This document shows positions 12,836 to 21,964 of a stretch of 64,000 nt of DNA, piece after piece. The stretch comes from Candidatus Termititenax sp. GTDB taxonomy: Bacteria > Margulisbacteria > Riflemargulisbacteria > GWF2-35-9 > DYQY01. The translations under genes and the position numbers were made by a program. The notes under the pieces were generated by a model. It was not told where the DNA came from, ran no database searches, and saw only the letters and a list, made by a program, of their open reading frames with translations. The DNA lies in the NCBI GenBank assembly GCA_020719045.1, contig DYQY01000002.1, positions 70,437-134,436 of the forward strand, read 5' to 3'. How positions within the stretch are numbered: position 1 is the first letter of the stretch; each line of letters starts with the position of its first letter.

Positions 12836-13765
12836 TTAACTAGACTTAACGCTTTCAAGTAGCATTGAAAATCTATTAAGTATCACACCTGATGATTCAA
12901 TTATCTTCTTATCTTGCATACCTAAAATCCTATAAGCGGTTTGCTTAATACTATTGCCTACCTTAGTCTTAGAAAACGCAAAAGAGACTGGCGATCTTTT
13001 TTGAATAGACTCTTTTACTGTGAGAGGATCGTCTAAAATAAACCCATAATTCTTTAATGTGTATTTAAGAAATTTCTCAGCTGCCATATTTAGTTTTCTA
13101 AAAACAGCATCAGCTTCAGTAACATTTCTAACTCTATTTATTACAACACCGATATCGTCAGACTTACCGTTTGTCTTAATAACTTTAATAATAGCATAAG
13201 CATCTGAAAGTGAAGTCAAGTCTGGAGTAGCCACAACTATTGTTCTGTCAGCTATTGAAATTAACTTCATAACATTATGAGACATTCCTGCCTCAGTATC
13301 TAGCACAATCAAGTCATATTCTGAATCCAATAAATTTAACTGACTCATGAGTCCATGTCTCTTCTGATGAGAAATATTAGAAAGCTTAAATATTCCAGAA
13401 GCACCAGGAATAATATCAATGCCTCCCGGACCCTTAATTATAATTTCTTTCAATGTTTTCTTACCTTCAACAACATCCATAATGTCATAATCAGGATAAA
13501 CGCCAGTTACTATATGAACATTGGCCATTCCTAGGTCACCATCAAGCACTAGCGTTTTCTTACCTAAAAGAACTGCTTCAATAGCAAGGTTTACGGAAAA
13601 TAATGTCTTACCAACACCACCCTTACCACTTGTAACTGCTACTATTTCTGCTTTTTTGGAGCCCATTTTACCCTCCTTCATTTCACTGATATCACCACTA
13701 GTTGTAAATGTAAACATATCCATATTATACACACCACAGGTAGAGTAATCAAGCGTGATTGTCAA
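12836..13765 (-). CDS. MinD/ParA-family P-loop ATPase, possibly the flagellar regulator FlhG/YlxH. The start is uncertain: the annotated start is a TTG, and internal ATGs exist.
   Basis: Deviant Walker A SGKGGVGKT; no minC/minE neighbours; lies near the flagellar operon. Confidence 0.55.
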   Translation of the reverse strand: MTITLDYSTCGVYNMDMFTFTTSGDISEMKEGKMGSKKAEIVAVTSGKGGVGKTLFSVNLAIEAVLLGKKTLVLDGDLGMANVHIVTGVYPDYDIMDVVEGKKTLKEIIIKGPGGIDIIPGASGIFKLSNISHQKRHGLMSQLNLLDSEYDLIVLDTEAGMSHNVMKLISIADRTIVVATPDLTSLSDAYAIIKVIKTNGKSDDIGVVINRVRNVTEADAVFRKLNMAAEKFLKYTLKNYGFILDDPLTVKESIQKRSPVSFAFSKTKVGNSIKQTAYRILGMQDKKIIESSGVILNRFSMLLESVKSS

Positions 13766-14261
13766 AAAAAAAAAATTGTTTTATAATGAACTAATGGTCA
13801 ATAAAAACATTGTAATAAAAAAAGCAAAAATAGCAGATGCAACTGCTATAAAATCAATACTAGACGAGTACGCTAATCAGCGAAAACTACTCGCCAGATC
13901 ACTTCAATATATTATTGAAAATATCAGAGAATTTCATCTTGCTACAATTGATAATGAAGTTATTGGAACTTGCGCCTTAAAAGTGTCTACAGTTGACCTA
14001 GCTGAAATCAAATCACTAGCAGTTAAAGAGGCTTACATGAAAGAAGGAATTGGCTCAAAACTCATAGAAGCTGTATTATCAGAAGGAAAAGACCTTGGCG
14101 TAAAGGAATTTTTCGCCTTAACATATGTGCCTGATTTCTTCTACAAAAAAGGATTCATAATGATTCAAAAGGAAGACCTACCACACAAGATTTGGACAGA
14201 ATGCGTCCATTGTCCATTCTTCCCAAACTGTAACGAAACTGCTGTTATCTTAAAAAACTAG
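13755..14261 (+). CDS. GNAT family N-acetyltransferase (amino-acid N-acetyltransferase-like, short ArgA-type fold). The start may instead be the ATG at 13794.
   Basis: Acetyl-CoA-binding motif region KEGIGSKLIEAV, and a C-terminal KIW..C..C motif. Confidence 0.6.
   Translation: MIVKKKKLFYNELMVNKNIVIKKAKIADATAIKSILDEYANQRKLLARSLQYIIENIREFHLATIDNEVIGTCALKVSTVDLAEIKSLAVKEAYMKEGIGSKLIEAVLSEGKDLGVKEFFALTYVPDFFYKKGFIMIQKEDLPHKIWTECVHCPFFPNCNETAVILKN
13764..13775. repeat. A12 homopolymer tract in the divergent 5' region between the MinD/FlhG-like gene and the GNAT gene. If the GNAT start at 13755 is used, the tract lies within its first codons.
   Basis: 12 consecutive A read directly. Confidence 0.9.
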
Positions 14262-15703
14262 AAGTCATCAAAATCAATATCATCAAAGTCTAAATCTCCA
14301 CCCAAAAGATCATCATCAACTTGTTTGCTTACTGTCTCTGGAGCTTTAGAGAAGGTTGAGGTCACAACCCCTCCACCTTTACCCATAATCGAGGTTATCT
14401 GATTGATAGTTTCTTTGAAAGGATGATTCTCATATGTGCCTTGCCTCAAAAATTGATTTATAGGATCTATCTTGTCAATTGCCCAATCTATCTTTGGATT
14501 ACTTCCCTTCACATAAGCACCAATATTAATTAAGTCCTCTGCTTCAGAATATCGAGCCAAAGCCTCTCTAAGCAATCCTGCTGCCCTAACATGATCCTCA
14601 CTATTAATCGAAGTAAATAAACGGCTTACGCTTGCATTTACATCCACCGATGGAAAATGATTCTTTGCAGCAATATCACGAGAAAGGATTACGTGACCAT
14701 CTAAAATCCCTCTAGCTGTGTCGGCTATTGGTTCGTCCATGTCACTTCCTTCAACAAGAACAGTATATATAGCAGTTATCGTCCCAACAGGCGCAGTACC
14801 AGTTCGTTCCATTAGTCTAGGCATTAAAGCAAAAACAGAAGGAGGATAACCTTTAGTTGTTGGTGGCTCACCAGTCGCTAAACCTACTTCACGCTGAGCC
14901 ATTGCGTACCTTGTCGTACTATCCATCATAAACAAAACATTCTTGCCTTGATCACGAAAATACTCAGCTATCGCAGTACCAACCAATGCTCCTTTTAAAC
15001 GAATAAGCGGTGGTTTATCTGATGTAGCTACAATAACAACAGAACGCTTCAAGCCCTCTTCACCCAAGGACTCTTCTATAAAATCCCTAACTTCACGCCC
15101 TCTTTCACCAACCAATGCGATTACAGACACATCAGCAGTAGACTGCCTCGCCATTTGTCCCATAATTGTTGACTTACCAACACCAGAACCTGCAAAAATA
15201 CCAATACGCTGGCCTTTGCCAAAAGTCAAAAGACCATCAATTACTCTTATACCTGTCTGGAGAACTTCCTTTATTCTTGGTCTTTTGACAGGGTCAGGAG
15301 GATTATTATCCAAAGGATACTCAGTTTCAAAAGATAATGGACCTAACCCATCGATTGGATCACCCAATCCATCTAAAACTCTACCAAGCAATCCTTTCCC
15401 AACCTTTACCATAAGTGGCTTGCCAGTCGAATAAACCAAACTTCCAGGACCAATTCCCTCAATTGGACCAAATGGCATCAACAATACACGATTTTCATTA
15501 AACCCAACAACTTCGGCCCTTAACTCATTGTTTTTTGATACCTGAATTAAACAAACATCTCCAACTTTTGCGCCTTGCAAATGAGCCTCTATTACAAGAC
15601 CTACAACCTCTACAACTTTACCCACTATCTTATGGAGTGGCTCCATCTTCTCAATCTCTTTAATATACTTAGAAAAATTTACTGACTCGTTATTCGTCAT
15701 CAT
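14258..15703 (-). CDS. fliI: Flagellum-specific ATP synthase FliI, with an acidic C-terminal extension
   Basis: Walker A GSGVGKST and F1-ATPase-like core; 481 aa, ending ...DDDLLGGDLDFDDIDFDDF. Confidence 0.9.
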   Translation of the reverse strand: MMTNNESVNFSKYIKEIEKMEPLHKIVGKVVEVVGLVIEAHLQGAKVGDVCLIQVSKNNELRAEVVGFNENRVLLMPFGPIEGIGPGSLVYSTGKPLMVKVGKGLLGRVLDGLGDPIDGLGPLSFETEYPLDNNPPDPVKRPRIKEVLQTGIRVIDGLLTFGKGQRIGIFAGSGVGKSTIMGQMARQSTADVSVIALVGERGREVRDFIEESLGEEGLKRSVVIVATSDKPPLIRLKGALVGTAIAEYFRDQGKNVLFMMDSTTRYAMAQREVGLATGEPPTTKGYPPSVFALMPRLMERTGTAPVGTITAIYTVLVEGSDMDEPIADTARGILDGHVILSRDIAAKNHFPSVDVNASVSRLFTSINSEDHVRAAGLLREALARYSEAEDLINIGAYVKGSNPKIDWAIDKIDPINQFLRQGTYENHPFKETINQITSIMGKGGGVVTSTFSKAPETVSKQVDDDLLGGDLDFDDIDFDDF

Positions 15704-16685
15704 CAGTTAGAAAATCGAAATTATCAACACCAAGACTGTCACCAAAAGACAATAAGTCATCATTGTCTTTAAATATATCATCAGAGGTTGGCACTGTTGC
15801 AGCTATTTCTTCAGCAACTTTTGTATCCATTAGTGCAGGTTTATCGCAATCCTTAATACTACAAATTAAATCCTTAATACTCTGCATTTTTGATTCTATT
15901 CTTGAGTCTATTATTCCAAAATTAGCTTCTATTAAACAACCACCCTGAGAAACATCAGCATCTCCTACTATTTTACACTCTTTAATTGACATAAACTCAG
16001 ACAATAGCTTTGCCTTATTATCTTCCAAATGTTGAACATTTTCTGGATTTACCTTAATGGTTAAGTCATGACCACTTGTAACAGGCACCAAGGCTTCTCT
16101 AACAACTTCAAGCATAATGTTTTTATCTATCTCAATAGAACGAGACAATAACTTCTTAACAATAACATCTAACAAAGCTATTAAATATGGCTCTGTATTA
16201 GTAAGAATTTCTTTTTTATATTCATCAAGCTCTTTAAACTTATTAATTAACCCATATAAGGCATCTTCATAATTCTTCCTTGCTTTATCGTGATCTGCTC
16301 TACCCTGTGCCTCTCCCTTAACTAAACCATCCGCAATTCCTTGATTATTACCTTTTGCATAGCCCTCATCATAGGCATCCTTTATTACCCTTTGTTTAGT
16401 TGCTTCAATATCAGAAAAAAAGGACTGTTTTTCCTTTTCAACATTACGTATTTTTTCATCCAAAGCCATTTCTTTACTAATTAGATTTTCTTTTTCTTTC
16501 TCTAAACTTAACCTATATGCTTCGGCTTCCTTCATTAGCTCATTCTTAAGTAAACGAATCTCTTCCTCAATCTTATCTTTAGGGATACATAAATCTAACT
16601 TAAACTTTTGAGAAGAACTTTTTAAAATTGAACGGTCAACATGTTCTTTACCGTAATTCAATTGGTTTTTTTTAATTAAAGCCAT
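15690..16685 (-). CDS. fliH: Flagellar assembly protein FliH, with an acidic C-terminal tail
   Basis: Coiled-coil, Glu/Lys-rich N-terminus and an FliH-like C-terminal domain; positioned between fliG and fliI. Confidence 0.7.
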   Translation of the reverse strand: MALIKKNQLNYGKEHVDRSILKSSSQKFKLDLCIPKDKIEEEIRLLKNELMKEAEAYRLSLEKEKENLISKEMALDEKIRNVEKEKQSFFSDIEATKQRVIKDAYDEGYAKGNNQGIADGLVKGEAQGRADHDKARKNYEDALYGLINKFKELDEYKKEILTNTEPYLIALLDVIVKKLLSRSIEIDKNIMLEVVREALVPVTSGHDLTIKVNPENVQHLEDNKAKLLSEFMSIKECKIVGDADVSQGGCLIEANFGIIDSRIESKMQSIKDLICSIKDCDKPALMDTKVAEEIAATVPTSDDIFKDNDDLLSFGDSLGVDNFDFLTDDDE

Positions 16686-16686
16686 G

Positions 16687-17211
16687 TTATGCCTTATTCG
16701 CTTGCTTAATTAAGTGCTTTATCTTATCAATAAACTCTTTCTTTACTTTACTCTCTATACCCTCAAGAATAGCTGTTTTCTGAAAATCCTTAACAATACT
16801 AATCCCATCCTTTTCAAGCATCTCAATTAATGATTCTTTTCTATCATCATTAAAGAAACCTACCAAGAAACTCTGAAATATAGTTTTCTCCTGTTTCAAC
16901 ACTCTACAGGCATATACCAACTCAACCTTAGCAAAAAATTCATCACCATCTAAATCTAAAATACTCACTACTTTTTCAGGTAGTAATTCTTCTTCCTCAA
17001 GATCAATATCAAGCAAATCTTCATCTTTCAATATATTATCTAAAACAAAAGAATCAATGTCATCTGGTAAAGGAATTTGACCAACATAAGGCAATATCTC
17101 GTCTTGTACTTTCTCAAAAACATCTGAGGGAAGCTTCTTTAAAATATTATCAGAAAATACTTCACCTAGCATTGTAAAAACTAATATTGTTTTTTGTTTA
17201 TTATTAAACAT
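16687..17211 (-). CDS. fliG: FliG-like protein, unusually short at 174 aa. It has an N-terminal-domain-like region only, and no recognisable EHPQ or torque-helix motifs.
   Basis: It occupies the canonical fliF-fliG-fliH slot, and its start overlaps the fliF stop. The N-terminus ILVFTMLGEVFSDNILKKLP resembles FliG-N. Confidence 0.45.
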   Translation of the reverse strand: MFNNKQKTILVFTMLGEVFSDNILKKLPSDVFEKVQDEILPYVGQIPLPDDIDSFVLDNILKDEDLLDIDLEEEELLPEKVVSILDLDGDEFFAKVELVYACRVLKQEKTIFQSFLVGFFNDDRKESLIEMLEKDGISIVKDFQKTAILEGIESKVKKEFIDKIKHLIKQANKA

Positions 17212-18715
17212 CAGTATTCCTAATCCATTTAATTATTCTTTTAATTACAATATCCTCATTATTATTAACAAATGATCTAAATTTCTCTAAAGAAAAATCC
17301 ACATCCTCTTCACGTGACTCAATTTCAGCAACTGGACCTTCTTCATCTTGAGGTACACTCAACTGTTCATCATTACTTTTATTAGAAAAAATAAAATAAA
17401 CAACAATAACCACACCAATACCAAGAATTACAACACCAAACAGAATCATAATAAAAACATTATTCTTGCCCTTATTCTGACCATAGCTTTGCTCTACATT
17501 ATCAATTATTTCCTCAGGCTCAGGACGAGAATCAAGATAATTATCCGTAGCTTCTATGTGAACAAAAGGCATTAACTCAATTACAATACTATCTCTGCCT
17601 GACTTATAATCAACAACAGAAGCAACTAACTGAAAGGTGCTTTGCTTAATGCTTTGATTAAAATTCAAAGATAAACTTGAGTTATCTAATATTATAGCAA
17701 TATTAATTTTATCTATATCAAAAGGTGTACTTTCTTTATATGATTCAGTAAGTGCAACAGTTGTATAAACCATGTACCTGCCTACCGGATAAAGAGTCTT
17801 CAAAACATCCTTAACCTTAGTCGTATAAGTATTTTCATAGTTCTCTTTAAGCTCTTTCTTGAATTTTAATAATAACTCTAATGGTGATGATTCATCTGAA
17901 CTACTAACTCTCAACAACTTAACAACATCATCAAGCTCAGTGTTCTCAGCGCTTTTTACAAACTTAGCACTCAAAATATTCCCTTTATTATCAATAACTG
18001 CAACATTCTCAGGCGGAAGATTCTCAACAGAACTAGCAACCAAATGCATAATACCCTTAACTTGCGCGTCAGTAACTTCAGCATTCTCTGCTATATTCAA
18101 GATTACAGACGTGGAACCTGGAACTTTCTCACCAAACAATGTTTTTTCTGGCATTACAATTTGAACCCTAGCACTGTTTATGTTTTCCATAGTGGAAATA
18201 ATTCTTGATAACTCTCCACTAACAGCCCTTATATACTTTATTCTTCTATCATAGTCTGTCGCACCTAACCCTGCTGATTCATCAAATATCTCAAACCCAA
18301 CGATTCCACCTTCTGGCAGACCAAGTTGGGCAAGTTTGAGCTTTACTTCATCAGCATACTCTTTTGGCACAGAAATATTAACAACTCGGCCATCTTTAAT
18401 AGACTCAAAAGGGATATTTTCATAGCTCAATACTTTTCTTATCTGAGCTGCATCCATAGGAGTTATTTCTTCAAACACTGGAACATATTTATATTTCTTT
18501 TCAGAAACCTTAGTTTTTGACTCTTCTAAATTCTTAGAGGAATTATGCCTTACATAAAATCCAACGCCGATTGCAACCAGCACCAGTACAATAAAAATTG
18601 CAAGACCAACTTGAACCCATCTATTTGACAGGAACCCTAAAAATGACGACCCTCGACTTCCTTCTCCAACTTCTAAAGGGGCATCTTCAACATCTTGTTC
18701 ATTTACCTCTACCAT
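17204..18715 (-). CDS. fliF: Flagellar M-ring protein FliF
   Basis: 503 aa; N-terminal TM; YscJ/FliF family motifs (ARVQIVMPE); C-terminal TM. Confidence 0.85.
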   Translation of the reverse strand: MVEVNEQDVEDAPLEVGEGSRGSSFLGFLSNRWVQVGLAIFIVLVLVAIGVGFYVRHNSSKNLEESKTKVSEKKYKYVPVFEEITPMDAAQIRKVLSYENIPFESIKDGRVVNISVPKEYADEVKLKLAQLGLPEGGIVGFEIFDESAGLGATDYDRRIKYIRAVSGELSRIISTMENINSARVQIVMPEKTLFGEKVPGSTSVILNIAENAEVTDAQVKGIMHLVASSVENLPPENVAVIDNKGNILSAKFVKSAENTELDDVVKLLRVSSSDESSPLELLLKFKKELKENYENTYTTKVKDVLKTLYPVGRYMVYTTVALTESYKESTPFDIDKINIAIILDNSSLSLNFNQSIKQSTFQLVASVVDYKSGRDSIVIELMPFVHIEATDNYLDSRPEPEEIIDNVEQSYGQNKGKNNVFIMILFGVVILGIGVVIVVYFIFSNKSNDEQLSVPQDEEGPVAEIESREEDVDFSLEKFRSFVNNNEDIVIKRIIKWIRNTDV

Positions 18716-18724
18716 ATTTACTTA

Positions 18725-19060
18725 TTATACAGCCATTTGGAGAATTTCTTTAGTGGTTTGCACTGCAGAATTAATAACTGTCATAGCAAGGCTTAAAGAA
18801 ACCGTAGCTTTCTCCATTTGAATTATTACTTCCTCCAAAGAAACCTTACCATCGACATACTGATTTATTAACGCATCTGACTTAATTTCTTGCTGACTAA
18901 CTCTATTTAATCCATCAAGTGCTTTATCTAATGCAATTTGAAACAAGTTCTCGTTTAATGTTATTTCTTCAGCAGGATTTGGTTTTAATGCATAAACATT
19001 AAAAAGATCATCTGTTTTTCCAATCATTGCATCTTTAACTAAATTTATTCCACCAGCCAT
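18725..19060 (-). CDS. fliE: Flagellar hook-basal body protein FliE
   Basis: 111 aa; operon position flgB-flgC-fliE. Confidence 0.7.
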   Translation of the reverse strand: MAGGINLVKDAMIGKTDDLFNVYALKPNPAEEITLNENLFQIALDKALDGLNRVSQQEIKSDALINQYVDGKVSLEEVIIQMEKATVSLSLAMTVINSAVQTTKEILQMAV

Positions 19061-19062
19061 AA

Positions 19063-19500
19063 TTACTTCCCTATATTCATAATTGTTTGAGCGACCTGTT
19101 TAGCTGAACTAAAAACTGCGGCATTTGCCTCATACATTCTTCTTGTAACTGCCATATCAGACATCTCCTGAGATAAAGAATATCCAGAAATTGCAACAAA
19201 ACCATTTTCGTCAGCCATTGGATTACCAGGATCATACACCTTTTCAGCTGAACTATTATCTTCTTTAACCTCTGAAACAAAAGGTTCATTTGTTCCAGGT
19301 AAGGTTCTTACTACCAATGATCTTCTCTTATAAGGAGTCCCGTCAGAAGACCTATATGAATTCATATTTGCAATATTTTCTGCTATAGCTTGAAGTTTTT
19401 GTTGTTGTACAATCATACCTGAACTACTAACCCCCATCACATTAAAAACATCAGCAAAACCAACAATAGATAAACATAAAACAAATATAATGCTACGCAT
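19063..19500 (-). CDS. flgC: Flagellar basal-body rod protein FlgC
   Basis: C-terminal rod motif VTRRMYEANAAV. Confidence 0.85.
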   Translation of the reverse strand: MRSIIFVLCLSIVGFADVFNVMGVSSSGMIVQQQKLQAIAENIANMNSYRSSDGTPYKRRSLVVRTLPGTNEPFVSEVKEDNSSAEKVYDPGNPMADENGFVAISGYSLSQEMSDMAVTRRMYEANAAVFSSAKQVAQTIMNIGK

Positions 19501-19502
19501 AT

Positions 19503-19814
19503 CTATCCTCCTTTACCCAAAGTAGCAACTTTCTTTAAATTCTTAAGCTTACTTGAAAGCAAATTTGCATATGACGTTAGTTTTAAGTTGTTTTCAGCAT
19601 ACTTAGTCATTTCCTGATCCATCAAAGCTTCTTTATCGCCTAATTTAACTTTTGCCTTTTCTAAAGCTGAGTCAAAATCTAACTTATTAAAATTCCCAGA
19701 CTCAATATTCGCAATATTGGTTGCTATGTTCTTTTGTCTTACGGAAGAAGCTTTCACGGCCTTTTCAAGGCTATCAAAAGATTGACCAAAAACTACCCCA
19801 TTTAATTCAGCCAT
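19503..19814 (-). CDS. flgB: Flagellar basal-body rod protein FlgB
   Basis: N-terminal rod-family motif RQKNIATNIANIES; 103 aa. Confidence 0.75.
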   Translation of the reverse strand: MAELNGVVFGQSFDSLEKAVKASSVRQKNIATNIANIESGNFNKLDFDSALEKAKVKLGDKEALMDQEMTKYAENNLKLTSYANLLSSKLKNLKKVATLGKGG

Positions 19815-19818
19815 ATTG

Positions 19819-19827
19819 CCCCCCCCC
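19819..19827. repeat. C9 homopolymer on the plus strand, i.e. a G9 tract on the coding (minus) strand, 4 nt upstream of the flgB ATG. This is the Shine-Dalgarno region, and the tract is slippage-prone.
   Basis: Nine consecutive C read directly. The tract is striking in an AT-rich genome and lies in the 15-nt fliA-flgB gap. Confidence 0.9.
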
Positions 19828-19829
19828 TA

Positions 19830-20609
19830 TTAAATAGACCATTTCCTACCCATCTTATAAGAAAGATTTCGTTTTAATTTATCTAATACCTTCATATGCA
19901 ATCTACTTATCTTACTTTTAGACATTTGCATTATTTTAGATATCTCCATTTGATTCTTATTCTCATAGTAATACAGCTTAACTAATTGTTGCTCTTCAGC
20001 TGTAAGCTTAGACAATGAGTCATGGAGATTAATTCGCTCATTAGAACGCTCTATTCTTCCAATAATTTCATCACCGACATCTTGTCTTTGAAGAACAGTA
20101 GAAATATTTTCAATATTCTCTAAAGATAACAAATAAATAATTACTGAGCTATTTAATGCTTGATACAAAGAAGCGTCTGTATCTGCCGAAACTTCACCAC
20201 CCTCAGTGTTACTATCTGCCATATCTCTAGCCAATTCCATAATTCTTTCTTTTACGCGTTCTTTGTCAACAACTTTGTTGTAGCCTGGATTCTTAGTTTT
20301 CCATTCCTTACGAATATTATCTAATATCTCGCCTCGAATTCTATATGTAGCATATGTTCTAAAAATAGCGCCCTTTTCATTATTGTAGTTCTTCCATGCC
20401 TTCATTAAACCTTCCCAGCCAAAACTAACCAAATCATCAAATTCCATTCCTGGAGGCAAATTACCGCCAGAAAAAATACTTGCTACAATAGTCTTAATTA
20501 AATTGATAAATTCATCTTTTTTATCTTCTGGAATAGCTTCAACCCTTGTCTCTGCCTCAGATGCTCTATAAAGAGGATTAACCTCTACGATTTTTATCTC
20601 ATCACTCAT
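19830..20609 (-). CDS. fliA: RNA polymerase sigma factor, FliA/WhiG (sigma-28) family
   Basis: Sigma-70 region 2 (YATYRIRGEILDNIRK) and region 4 HTH; 259 aa; embedded in the flagellar operon. Confidence 0.7.
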   Translation of the reverse strand: MSDEIKIVEVNPLYRASEAETRVEAIPEDKKDEFINLIKTIVASIFSGGNLPPGMEFDDLVSFGWEGLMKAWKNYNNEKGAIFRTYATYRIRGEILDNIRKEWKTKNPGYNKVVDKERVKERIMELARDMADSNTEGGEVSADTDASLYQALNSSVIIYLLSLENIENISTVLQRQDVGDEIIGRIERSNERINLHDSLSKLTAEEQQLVKLYYYENKNQMEISKIMQMSKSKISRLHMKVLDKLKRNLSYKMGRKWSI

Positions 20610-20612
20610 TAA

Positions 20613-20918
20613 TTACTCTCCAAAATCTAAATCTAACGTTCCACTATCTATCATTTGCTCAGCTACTTGTTGTCTAAAAATGTCATCTGTCATCATTTTA
20701 GCAACATCATCAGAAAACATTCCCTTAAACAGATTTTCTTCATCTTCATCAGCCTGAAAAATATCTCCTAATGACACTCTATTCATAAAAACCTTATCAA
20801 TAAATAGCTTCGCAAACTCCCTTTTTACCTCTGCTGCTTGCTCAGTAGTAGGATTTTGTAACCTATTAGAGTCTATTATACTGGAATTCCCAATAAATGT
20901 TAAAGGGTTAACCGTCAT
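20613..20918 (-). CDS. Rod-binding protein (FlgJ N-terminal domain-like), with no muramidase domain
   Basis: The segment IFRQQVAEQM resembles the FlgJ N-terminal rod-binding region; it lies immediately downstream of flgI. Confidence 0.55.
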   Translation of the reverse strand: MTVNPLTFIGNSSIIDSNRLQNPTTEQAAEVKREFAKLFIDKVFMNRVSLGDIFQADEDEENLFKGMFSDDVAKMMTDDIFRQQVAEQMIDSGTLDLDFGE

Positions 20919-21955
20919 TAAATTACCTCAATTTCGGCAGTAATTGCGCCAGCAGCTTTAATTGCCTGCAAAATTGAAACCATTGTTGATGGTTTTGCAC
21001 CTAATGCATTCAATGATTTAACCAAGTCTGACAAGGTATCACCATTCTGAATAACCTTAAAGTTTGTATTAGTTTCTGAAACATTTATATTTACAACGTC
21101 ATAAATATCCCTATCAATCTTAATGGAAATGTCACCATAATTTATCGCAACAGGAGATATTCTTACCTTCTCACCTATGACTATTGCACCAGTTCTCTCA
21201 CTTATAACTATTTTAGCTGAAACATCTGGCTTTACTGAAACGTCCATAAGTTTAGCAATAAAGCCTACCTTATCTTTTTTATGCTCAGGAGACAGACGGA
21301 CTTTAACAGCAGCAGGATCTGTTGTCTCGCAAAAAGCAAGTCCTGCAGCCTCAATAGCTGTACCAATCCTTGTAGCAGTTATATAATCTGGACTCTTCAA
21401 GTTAAGCACTAAATAATTTTCATCTGTTAAAATAATAGGCACTTCTTTCTCGACAATACCTCCGTTAGAAATAATTCCTCTGTTTGATTCATTTTTCTGA
21501 TATCTTATCTCACCTGACTCAGCAGAAATACCGCCAACCACAATATTACCCTGAGCTGTCATATAGGCATTCCCGTCAGCTCCAGTCAATGGTGTTAACA
21601 ATAACGTACCACCTCTAAGTGATGCAGCATCACCTATTGAAGAAACATTAACATCTAACTTTTGGCCATTCTTTGCATAAGGAGGCAACTCAGCAGTCAC
21701 CATTACAGATGCCATATTTTTACCTTGAAGGTCTTTATCATTTGGAGACAAACCCATTTTGTTTAGTAAGTTCTTCATGGACTTCTGTGTCATAAGAACC
21801 CTTGGGGAATCACCTGTGTTCTTAAGACCTACAACTAAACCATAGCCCATAATCATATTTGATCTGGCATTCTCTAAATAAACTAATTCCTTTATCCTTG
21901 TTTGAGTTGCGAAAATACTACATGATAACAAAAGCAGAATAATATAGTTTTTCAT
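20918..21955 (-). CDS. flgI: Flagellar P-ring protein FlgI
   Basis: Signal peptide plus the conserved LVVGLKNTGDS and FlgI C-terminus; 345 aa. Confidence 0.9.
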   Translation of the reverse strand: MKNYIILLLLSCSIFATQTRIKELVYLENARSNMIMGYGLVVGLKNTGDSPRVLMTQKSMKNLLNKMGLSPNDKDLQGKNMASVMVTAELPPYAKNGQKLDVNVSSIGDAASLRGGTLLLTPLTGADGNAYMTAQGNIVVGGISAESGEIRYQKNESNRGIISNGGIVEKEVPIILTDENYLVLNLKSPDYITATRIGTAIEAAGLAFCETTDPAAVKVRLSPEHKKDKVGFIAKLMDVSVKPDVSAKIVISERTGAIVIGEKVRISPVAINYGDISIKIDRDIYDVVNINVSETNTNFKVIQNGDTLSDLVKSLNALGAKPSTMVSILQAIKAAGAITAEIEVI

Positions 21956-21964
21956 TTTAACCCC

